A stretch of DNA of 64,000 nucleotides, taken from the NCBI GenBank assembly GCA_049472215.1, contig JBLIRH010000002.1, positions 23,815-87,814 of the forward strand. Direction: 5' to 3'. The stretch comes from Thermoplasmatota archaeon. GTDB taxonomy: Archaea; Thermoplasmatota; Penumbrarchaeia; Penumbrarchaeales; Penumbrarchaeaceae. The position numbers were made by a program, and so were the translations under genes. Below are positions 56,275-64,000 of the stretch, piece after piece (position 1 is the stretch's first letter; the number at the start of each line of letters is the position of its first letter). The notes below the pieces were generated by a model. The model worked only from the letters and a program-made list of their open reading frames with translations, was not told the DNA's origin and made no database searches.

Positions 56275-56865
56275 ATGTCCGACGCCATCACCGCGGGTTC
56301 GGTCTTCATGGACCTAGTTCGGATCGTTGTCACGCTGCTTCCGGCCATGACGGCAAACACCTTCGCTCCTTTTCTCGGAGGCGGGAAACCGGTGGACTTC
56401 GGACGGACCAGAAAGGACGGGAGGAGGTATCTCGGAGACGGGAAGACCTGGAGGGGGACGATCGGGGGCATCAGCTGCGCGGCCCTTTTGGGACTTGTCC
56501 TGCTCCTGCTCCTGCATTTTACAGGATTGTCCGATATGGATGATTCGTTGTGGGGCCCTTTTCCTGTGAATCTGGTGTTGATCATCGTTCTCCCCATGGG
56601 ATCACTTTTCGGTGACATGCTCGGGAGCTTCATCAAAAGGGCCCTGAACAGACCCAGGGGAAAGAAGACCCCTCTTCTGGACCAGTGGGACTACGTCATC
56701 GGGACGATCATCTTCATCCTGCCGTTTTACCCCTGGTGGTTCGATACCTTCATCGCCGGCGGGGCATGGATCGCTTCCATCCTTTTCCTGGTCGTGGCTT
56801 TCCTTGCCCACACGGTCGCGAACTGGATCGGCTACTGGATCGGTGTCAAGAAAGAGCCCTGGTAG
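56275..56865 (+). CDS. carS: CDP-archaeol synthase (CarS, DUF46)
   Basis: PFLGGGKPVDFGRTRKDGRRYLGDGKTWRGTIGG; GDMLGSFIKRALNRPRGKKTPLLDQWDYVIG. Confidence 0.93.
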   Translation: MSDAITAGSVFMDLVRIVVTLLPAMTANTFAPFLGGGKPVDFGRTRKDGRRYLGDGKTWRGTIGGISCAALLGLVLLLLLHFTGLSDMDDSLWGPFPVNLVLIIVLPMGSLFGDMLGSFIKRALNRPRGKKTPLLDQWDYVIGTIIFILPFYPWWFDTFIAGGAWIASILFLVVAFLAHTVANWIGYWIGVKKEPW

Positions 56866-56936
56866 CCTGATATTTCGAATAATACCCATAAGGATATTAA
56901 TAAATACCATAAAATTCATGATAAAAACGGGATGGT

Positions 56937-57479
56937 ATGCCGCGCTGGGATGTCCACCTTAGCTTCGGTTTAATGGCGTTCATAGTCATATTCTCAGCTC
57001 TGCTCATGGGTTCCAGCGACGGGCGCTCCCTTGAAGGATATGCTCGCGCAGCTGTATTGTTCGGCATCGTAGGGCTGCTTGGAGGAGGCGCCCTGGTCTT
57101 CGGGTCGGTCCTTCCGGACATCGACGGGAAGGGGAAGGTCCGGTGGATGGTGGGTCCTGCCGTCGGCGCTCTGCTTTTCGTACCACCCCTTATCGGAACC
57201 TTCAGGAGCGGGGGGCCGAGCGGAGCAATGGAGTTTATCGAGGGAACAGGATCGCTTCTCTTCCTTCTGGGAACTGTTGTCGGTTATCTGCTTCTGCTCG
57301 TTCCCACGAGGCACAGGGGAATACTGCATAGCAAATGGACCTGCGCAGCATACGGAAGCGTCTGGGGAGTATACGTCTTCTACACCGCATCCATGGCGTT
57401 CGATCAGTCCATGATGATAGGCTCGATGGGAGCTCTGGGGTATGGATGGCACCTGGCCCTTGACGGCAGGTTACTCTAG
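56937..57479 (+). CDS. DUF457/YdjM-like membrane protein (metal-dependent hydrolase-like)
   Basis: GSVLPDIDGKG; RHRGILHSKW; GYGWHLALD. Confidence 0.7.
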   Translation: MPRWDVHLSFGLMAFIVIFSALLMGSSDGRSLEGYARAAVLFGIVGLLGGGALVFGSVLPDIDGKGKVRWMVGPAVGALLFVPPLIGTFRSGGPSGAMEFIEGTGSLLFLLGTVVGYLLLLVPTRHRGILHSKWTCAAYGSVWGVYVFYTASMAFDQSMMIGSMGALGYGWHLALDGRLL

Positions 57480-60400
57480 GACCTCGGCTACCAGTACCTC
57501 CTCGGTCTCGGGCGGCTCAACGGGGTAAGAAGCCTGGACCACAACGGCCTCCTCGACCGGGACAGGTCTGCTTCTCGATCCCGGGAGAATGACCAGGAGG
57601 AACAAGATCACCAGAACGGATAATATGACGAACGCTACAATGACAACTGCTATAATTGCGCTGAAACCTTCATTCGTGGCGGTGGAAAGGGAGTATACCT
57701 CTATCTCTCCGCTGGTCCTCATAAGCTCGCTCCCGGATTCGCAGACCACCTCGACGCTGTAATTGTAGGTCCCGGGGGATGCCAGGACCTGCAGGTCCGC
57801 TCCGTAGATGGAGTCGCCCGCAACCCTGTCCCCATCCCTGCCGTCATCCTTCAGCTCGATCCTGCCACCGTCGAGTATGATCTCCGAAACAAAGAACACC
57901 GACCGGATGGGGATCACTGAATCGACCCTCAGCTCCATATGGATGATCTGTCCCTCGAAGACCCTGTCGTCGCTAACGGTGAAGGTGCAATCCGCTTCCG
58001 CCACTATCTCGACCTCCACCTCTTCCCCGTCCGAGGCCCCTTCGCTGTCGATGACCGTGACCGTGACCATGTGAATGCCGGGGGTCGCTGAAAGAGAGGG
58101 GAGGAATTCAAGAGAGAAGACACCGTCGCCCTCTACCGGGTCCGGATGCGTCCCGTCATCTCTCATCACGACACGGGCGGGACCATCCATGGATGACAGG
58201 TCTGCAACGACCGTTAGCAGATCACCCGGGAGGTCGGGATCTTCCACTTCTGCGGTCAACAGCAAAGGAGTATTGCCGTCAAGGGGCAACGGCTGGGGTG
58301 CCGTTATGACCCTAATAATCTCGGGGGGTGAGTTAGGGTTCTGGACCCGGACCTCGCAGTTTGCAACTGCCGAGTAACGATCACCATCGTATGCCCTGGC
58401 ATAGATCGTGTAATCTCCGTTCTCGAGGGTCTTGGTGTCCAGCTGGAAATCCCAATCCTCCTTCCCGTCCGCCGGAGCCCAGTTCATCGAATACCCATCT
58501 CCCTCGATGCGCACATCGACGCGGTCGATATTCCCATCGTCGCTGGCCGTCCCCCTTATGGTCACCTTCCCCGAAAGCGGCCCTTCGGGGCATTCCAGAG
58601 TTACCTCTGGGGGATAGTTGTAATCGGCCGACCTCACAAGGACCTTGACCGTGTCGGAAGACCAGTAGCCATCATCGTCCATCACCTCGAATCGGGCAGT
58701 GTACTGTCCTTCCTCCTCATACCCGGAGTAATAAAAAGTGAGGCTGGTCTCGGAATCGAACTCCCAATCCCCGTCGGATTCCACATCCCATCGGGAGCGG
58801 ACGATCTCTCCGTCGGGATCCTCGGCCGATCCCGAGAACTCGACCTCGCTCAGGGCCTTCACATCCAGATCTGCCCCCGCATCCGCGGTCGGAACCTGAT
58901 TGAGCTTGAAATAATAGAGGAAGGTGGTCGTCGAGCCCCTTTCCCCGGCCCACAAGCGTACTCCGGATCTATTCGAGCCGACGGAAACCGATAGTTCCAC
59001 GATCTCACCGCTTTTTACCTCGAGCTCCTCTATATCCAGGATCACCTCGAAGGTCATGTTCGAACCGGAACCTGGATGTTCGAAAAGGGAGGTTTCCATG
59101 GCCTCGCCGGTCTCGGTAAGGATCTCGATCCTTACCTCAAGAAGACTGGGGGCGGCGGCTTCGAACACCAGAGCGGGCCTGACCGCGGTGTGGAGGATTA
59201 TGGTCCGCTCAACGGGCTCCATCCTCCATTTCCCTATTTCCAGGGGAGAGAGCGAGGTAGGTACTGCAAAATAGGCCGACCTGCCGGGCTCAGCGGAAAG
59301 TCCAAGACTTCCGTTGAGGTATAGGTCCATCTCCAGGGAGCTAACGCCCGTCACGTTGACCTGGACCTCATCCTCGTTCGTGCTCTCCTCGCCTCCGTTG
59401 TCCTTCACCCTCAATTTCGCATTGAAGGTCCCGCCCATTTTGTAGAAGTGGGTAATGGTGGGCTGGTCGATCCATCCCGTTGAAGTGCCGTCCCCGAAAT
59501 CGAAGTTGTAGGAGACGACCGCTCCCCCCCTTATGTTCGTGTCAGTGGACCCCGAACCGTCGAATGTGAACTCGGTTATCGTCGTGCCTGTCTGGGGGGT
59601 AACCTCAAGCTGGGCGATCGGCGGTGAATTGAATCCCAGAACGGAAACGGGTCTCTCGGCGGAGTTGTTGTCCTCGTTCGATTCATCTATCTCATCCTCG
59701 GGGTCGGCGATAACTGTGATCGCATGGATCCCGGCGTTCGCCTCCCAGGTCACTTCAGCGATACCGAAGCTGCCGCTTTCGATATCCATAGTGTCCTCTC
59801 CGATGACGGTTCCGGTCCTTTCCGGTCCGTCAATGAACCGGACCAAAGCATCCTCGACATACGTCGATCCCGTGTTGTTGACCCGGGCTGTGATCGTTAT
59901 CCTGTCCCCGGTCTCCGGGCGGGTCTCGGAGATCCAAACTGCCAGAGGGGTGATCGAGAGGTCAGGGGGAAGGGAATCGTAGATGATCGTGGAGTTCATT
60001 TCCTCCATCCGGCCGTCTATGCCGTTGATGGAGACAGACCCACGGAAAGTTCGGGTTTCCCCGATCCTTCCAAAGGGACGTACCTTCATACCAAGACCGG
60101 GGGTGGCCTGCTCGGTGGTGTCATTGTAATCTATCAATATCCGGACCACCCAGTCGGACCCGAGAAGAACAGGCCCCTGAACCGTATGCTGCGCCGAGGT
60201 CGAATCAGGATCGACCCAAATATCCGTGGGAACCCCCCAATCACCAGGGGTCCTCACCTCCATAAGTACCTGGTCTCCCTGGGTGTCATAATCCGTCTTG
60301 GTGAAATGCCCGGCGTAGCTGACATCGGTAGGATCGTTGAGACGCACCTCGTCCGGGACGAAGAGGCCGAAATCGCGCAGGTCCTGGGACCGCTTGACAG

Positions 60401-61832
60401 CACCGTATGCATCTATCGCGCCCCATCCGGACCTGTAATTGTATTTTTCATCCAGATCGGGCCTGGATGCGGAGAACCTCTGTTGAGCAGTATCCCGGAG
60501 GATCTGCTTTATATCACGGGGTGTAAGTGAAGGATCAGCTTCCAGCATGAGAGCGACTATTCCGGACACGTGGGGAGTTGCCATGGATGTCCCGGACATG
60601 TCGACGTAGTCCGCGATGGAATTGTGCTTTGGCGCCCTGATCTGCCTGCCGGGTGCAACGACGTCCGGCTTCAATTCGTCGATCCTGTCGTTGTCACCGT
60701 CCGATGACCTCGGCCCGTAGTTCGAATAGTACTCGACGTCGTCGTCGTCCCTTTCGATGGTAGAATGGTCATTCACCGCTCCCACAGTGATGGCGCCATC
60801 AGCAGATGCAGGACTGGGCATGCCCTGCTCTCCGTCGTTGCCTGCTGCAACGACCACCGCGACCCCTTCGTCCACTAACTGGTTCACAAGCCTCGACGTC
60901 GTGTCCCTTCCCGTGGTGAAGACAGTGGAGCCCCATGAACAGGACACGACCCTTATATCGAACTCCAGGTGATTCTCGATCACCCATTCGAGGGCTCTAT
61001 CCGCCGCTCCGGTGAAGTCCCCCTGGACCCTTGCATATCTGAGGTCTACCAGTTGTGCCGCCGGGGCGGTTCCCTGGTACGTACCGGAATTCCCTCCGGT
61101 TCCCATGACGGTCCCTGCGACATGGGTCCCATGACCGTCGATATCGTCTGGATCGAGACCCGGTATGGTCGTGGTCCCCGTGAAATCAACTCCGTAGACA
61201 TATTTCCCCCGTAGTGATTCGTGAACGTTGTTGTCCACACCGGAATCTATCACGGCGACCACCAACCCTTCACCCGTGTATCCGAGATCAGTGGCCGTCA
61301 TAGGCGAATATGTTGTGGAATCCCTTGCCCTTGTCGCCGGAGACGAGACGTCCAGGTAGTTGACGAAGACCGGCCTGTACTCTATCATCGTGATATCCGG
61401 GGCGAATATCCCCTGCAAACCTGGGATGAGGGGCCTCGGAACAGTCAGGTATAGGGCGGTCGAATATTTTCCGGCGTGGAGGAAGGTCGATCCTGGGCCC
61501 AATTCCAAGAGCGAACCCATGATCCGAAGGGCATCATTATAGGTCGGGTAGTGATCGAAATGGACGTTTATCCCGACCAGGGACCCATCACCGTCCAGGG
61601 TCGATGGATCTTCTTCAAGGAGGTCGTCGATCCTGTTCCCGTTGACGTCCCGGTCCCAACCGCTCCAATCGAAGGGGATCACCTCCCGCGTTTCCCAGGG
61701 ATCGATCCCGTTGGGGACTCCGGATGTCTCACTTCCCCCAATTACCGGCAGGACCGGGATCGCTAGAAGAAGGGCAAATGCAAGTACCTTGAGGACTCTG
61801 GACATCCCTGTTATTCTCCTGTGATCAACCAT
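57471..61832 (-). CDS. Giant subtilase (S8) surface protease, 1453 aa, with CARDB/PKD-like repeats and C-terminal TM
   Basis: VVAVIDSGVDNNVHESL; DIDGHGTHVAGTVMGTGG; GTSMATPHVSGIVALM; CARDB-like NNTGSTYVEDALVRF...EIDESNEDNNSAERP; TM AIIAVVIVAFVILSVLVILFLLVIL. Confidence 0.93.
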   Translation of the reverse strand: MVDHRRITGMSRVLKVLAFALLLAIPVLPVIGGSETSGVPNGIDPWETREVIPFDWSGWDRDVNGNRIDDLLEEDPSTLDGDGSLVGINVHFDHYPTYNDALRIMGSLLELGPGSTFLHAGKYSTALYLTVPRPLIPGLQGIFAPDITMIEYRPVFVNYLDVSSPATRARDSTTYSPMTATDLGYTGEGLVVAVIDSGVDNNVHESLRGKYVYGVDFTGTTTIPGLDPDDIDGHGTHVAGTVMGTGGNSGTYQGTAPAAQLVDLRYARVQGDFTGAADRALEWVIENHLEFDIRVVSCSWGSTVFTTGRDTTSRLVNQLVDEGVAVVVAAGNDGEQGMPSPASADGAITVGAVNDHSTIERDDDDVEYYSNYGPRSSDGDNDRIDELKPDVVAPGRQIRAPKHNSIADYVDMSGTSMATPHVSGIVALMLEADPSLTPRDIKQILRDTAQQRFSASRPDLDEKYNYRSGWGAIDAYGAVKRSQDLRDFGLFVPDEVRLNDPTDVSYAGHFTKTDYDTQGDQVLMEVRTPGDWGVPTDIWVDPDSTSAQHTVQGPVLLGSDWVVRILIDYNDTTEQATPGLGMKVRPFGRIGETRTFRGSVSINGIDGRMEEMNSTIIYDSLPPDLSITPLAVWISETRPETGDRITITARVNNTGSTYVEDALVRFIDGPERTGTVIGEDTMDIESGSFGIAEVTWEANAGIHAITVIADPEDEIDESNEDNNSAERPVSVLGFNSPPIAQLEVTPQTGTTITEFTFDGSGSTDTNIRGGAVVSYNFDFGDGTSTGWIDQPTITHFYKMGGTFNAKLRVKDNGGEESTNEDEVQVNVTGVSSLEMDLYLNGSLGLSAEPGRSAYFAVPTSLSPLEIGKWRMEPVERTIILHTAVRPALVFEAAAPSLLEVRIEILTETGEAMETSLFEHPGSGSNMTFEVILDIEELEVKSGEIVELSVSVGSNRSGVRLWAGERGSTTTFLYYFKLNQVPTADAGADLDVKALSEVEFSGSAEDPDGEIVRSRWDVESDGDWEFDSETSLTFYYSGYEEEGQYTARFEVMDDDGYWSSDTVKVLVRSADYNYPPEVTLECPEGPLSGKVTIRGTASDDGNIDRVDVRIEGDGYSMNWAPADGKEDWDFQLDTKTLENGDYTIYARAYDGDRYSAVANCEVRVQNPNSPPEIIRVITAPQPLPLDGNTPLLLTAEVEDPDLPGDLLTVVADLSSMDGPARVVMRDDGTHPDPVEGDGVFSLEFLPSLSATPGIHMVTVTVIDSEGASDGEEVEVEIVAEADCTFTVSDDRVFEGQIIHMELRVDSVIPIRSVFFVSEIILDGGRIELKDDGRDGDRVAGDSIYGADLQVLASPGTYNYSVEVVCESGSELMRTSGEIEVYSLSTATNEGFSAIIAVVIVAFVILSVLVILFLLVILPGSRSRPVPVEEAVVVQASYPVEPPETEEVLVAEVLE

Positions 61833-61865
61833 TGGATGACTGTGATGGAACTAACGTCTGGACTT

Positions 61866-61880
61866 ATTTATAGATTTATA
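61866..61880 (-). promoter_or_regulatory. Candidate TATA region for the giant subtilase gene
   Basis: Minus-strand TATAAATCTATAAAT about 35-50 nt upstream of the ATG at 61832. Confidence 0.4.
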
Positions 61881-62074
61881 CTAGTTTTCCGGCCATGCCA
61901 TGATGACCTTCCTCTGAAAGGTCTCGACCCGATGTTATCTTAATTAAGTTTAATTAGAAGAATTTATGGGAATCCATTTGAAATACCGTATCCGAACCGT
62001 GTTTCATCCTAATTGTCCAATCATTATTACAAGGAATGTCCAACCACTATTGCTATCTTTGATATATATGAGGC

Positions 62075-63307
62075 TTGAATGGTCATGCGGTCTCCATGTT
62101 CCTCACACTGGTTCTCAAATCCTTCAAGATGAGAAAGTCCAGATATATCCTACCTACGGTTTCACTCTTGATCGGCATATCCATGATCACCTCCCTGGTG
62201 ATGGTATCCTTGGAAACGGAAGACAGGATCGCTCGAGGTTTACGGGCCTTCGGCCCCAATCTCCTTGTTGTTCCCAGGAGCGAAGATATCCAACTCAACG
62301 TGGGTGAGATCAACCTTGGAATGATCACCGAGACCGAGTACATGAGCGAATATGATGCTGTGATGATAAGGGACCTGCCACCCGAGGTCTTCGGTGACAA
62401 GGTCAAGGGCGTACTCGGCAAGAACGCATTGCTTTATTCCAAGGCAAGGGTGGACGGTTCAACGGACATCATCTTTGTAGGCACGTGGTTCGAGGAACTC
62501 GAAAGCATCAATCTTTGGTGGGAAATCTCGGGGAAATATCCCACCGATCATGGTTCCGTTGTTCTTGGTGTGGAAGCGGCACGTGTTCTTAAGAAGGGCA
62601 TTGGAGACAAAGTGAACCTTGATTATTCAGATTACAAGCTTGAGAACGAGACCAAGGTCCCTTTCACATCAAATCGTGACTTCACAATTTCCGGTATCGT
62701 TTCCACCGGAGGGAATGACGATTCGAGGATATTCGGCGATCTTGACATGGTCCAATCATTCACAGGCAAGGAAGGGCTGGTGAACATAATGCACCTATCC
62801 GCTCTCTGTAACGGGTGTCCTCTTGAGGATATTGCAGAGGTTATCGAGAACAACGTGGAGAGTGTCGAGGTAAAGACCGTGAAACAGGTCGCCATGGCGG
62901 AGATGGACACTCTGGATCTTGTTCAGAACCTCGTCGGACTGATCACTGTCATCTCCCTCGGGGCTTCCATACTTGCAGTTATGACCACGCTGAGCTTGAG
63001 CGTGGTGGAGAGAAGGAAAGAGATCGGCCTGATGAAAGCGGTTGGGGCCCATAATCTGAACATCTCGATGATCTTCATTGGGGAAGGGATCATTATATCG
63101 ATCGTTTCCGGCATACTTGGATTCGTTTCAGGTATCGGCATCTCGCAATTGATAGGCCAGTATGTATTCGGGACCTCTGTAGGAGTAAGGTACGAGTTGA
63201 TCCTCCTCTCTTTGCTAACTGCCCTGGGTATAGTGTTCATCGCAGCGATATTTCCCCTTAGGAAGGCCATGATGGTTGACCCGGCCGTTGTCCTGAGAGG
63301 TGAATGA
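62075..63307 (+). CDS. ABC transporter permease (MacB/FtsX-like)
   Basis: N-terminal TM; extracytoplasmic MacB-PCD-like domain; SLGASILAVMTTLSLSVVERRKEIGLMKAVGAHNLNISMIFIGEGIII. Start possibly 62096. Confidence 0.88.
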   Translation: MNGHAVSMFLTLVLKSFKMRKSRYILPTVSLLIGISMITSLVMVSLETEDRIARGLRAFGPNLLVVPRSEDIQLNVGEINLGMITETEYMSEYDAVMIRDLPPEVFGDKVKGVLGKNALLYSKARVDGSTDIIFVGTWFEELESINLWWEISGKYPTDHGSVVLGVEAARVLKKGIGDKVNLDYSDYKLENETKVPFTSNRDFTISGIVSTGGNDDSRIFGDLDMVQSFTGKEGLVNIMHLSALCNGCPLEDIAEVIENNVESVEVKTVKQVAMAEMDTLDLVQNLVGLITVISLGASILAVMTTLSLSVVERRKEIGLMKAVGAHNLNISMIFIGEGIIISIVSGILGFVSGIGISQLIGQYVFGTSVGVRYELILLSLLTALGIVFIAAIFPLRKAMMVDPAVVLRGE

Positions 63308-63989
63308 ATTGGCCGATGATGTCCTGGTCGAGATCAAGGGTGTAAATAAGATCTATCCTCCAAAAACCAAGGCTCTGGATGAGATCGATCTGAAGATCTT
63401 CGATGGCGATTGGACTGTGATCATGGGTCCTTCAGGGTCTGGAAAGACCACGCTTCTTAATCTGATCTCCTGCCTTGACAGACCTTCTTATGGAGAGATC
63501 AAGGTCCTTGGGGAGGATCCGAATAGCATGTCAGATCGTACGCTCGCGGTCTTCAGAAGGAACAATATAGGCATGATCTTTCAGCAGTACCATCTCATAC
63601 CATACCTCTCAGCTTTGGAAAACGTGGAGATCGCTCAATATTTTCACAGTATTGTCGATAGGGATTCGGCGAAAGAAGCATTGGTCCGGTTCGGCATGGA
63701 AGACCGCCTTGACCATATTCCCTCGAAACTTTCAGGAGGGGAACAACAAAGAGTCTCGATCGCAAGGGCTCTGATCAACGAACCGAGATTGATCCTTGCC
63801 GATGAACCCACAGGGAACCTTGACAGGAAGAACGGCCTCAGGATAATGGAGATCCTCAAAGAGCTCAACTCGAAGGGAATGACAATAGTATTCGTTACCC
63901 ATGATAATGAACTTGCTTCATGGGGCGATCGGATCGTAAAGCTGGAGGATGGCAGGATCGCTGATGATATTCAGAACGACAACAGGTGA
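63300..63989 (+). CDS. ABC transporter ATP-binding protein (LolD/MacB-like)
   Basis: MGPSGSGKTTLLNLI; SKLSGGEQQRVSIARALINEPRLILADEPTGNLD. Confidence 0.96.
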   Translation: MNELADDVLVEIKGVNKIYPPKTKALDEIDLKIFDGDWTVIMGPSGSGKTTLLNLISCLDRPSYGEIKVLGEDPNSMSDRTLAVFRRNNIGMIFQQYHLIPYLSALENVEIAQYFHSIVDRDSAKEALVRFGMEDRLDHIPSKLSGGEQQRVSIARALINEPRLILADEPTGNLDRKNGLRIMEILKELNSKGMTIVFVTHDNELASWGDRIVKLEDGRIADDIQNDNR

Positions 63990-64000
63990 TCGAATGGCAA

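Noticed and set aside
3817-61832. Mobile element/prophage/CRISPR signatures
   Set aside because: No transposase, integrase, terminal inverted repeats, phage genes or regularly spaced direct repeats were recognised on either strand by eye.

Overview
Archaeal chromosomal window, probably Thermoplasmatota-like. That placement is inferred from the archaeal lipid genes CarS and geranylgeranyl reductase, class I LysRS, TrmY, a GfcR-like regulator and many zinc-ribbon proteins; no phylogeny was run. The window is gene-dense. About one third of it encodes very large secreted or membrane-anchored ectodomain proteins (beta-helix, cadherin/PKD-like, FN3, subtilase). Most interesting region: a minus-strand, five-gene hydrogenase locus (39258-44763) plus HypE. 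It contains NuoE-like, NuoF-like and group-3-like [NiFe] large subunit genes. It also contains two chimeric proteins in which the [NiFe] small subunit appears split in two: the N-terminal half is fused to a 2x[4Fe-4S] plus [FeFe]-hydrogenase-like domain with altered catalytic motifs, and the C-terminal half is fused to a [2Fe-2S]/NuoG-N domain. Also notable: (i) a five-gene cassette (18534-20382) with a double-psi-barrel-like protein, three mutually similar coiled-coil proteins (one with a TM helix) and a tandem PRC-barrel protein; (ii) a TraB-like / PLD-like-TPR / triple KaiC-like cassette in which only the first KaiC-like protein has a Walker A motif; (iii) a 51-aa zinc-ribbon ORF absent from the ORF track, abutting an inverted repeat and TATA-like box; (iv) a nitrilase-family gene with no ATG/GTG/TTG start. 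No rRNA, tRNA, CRISPR array or transposase was recognised by eye.
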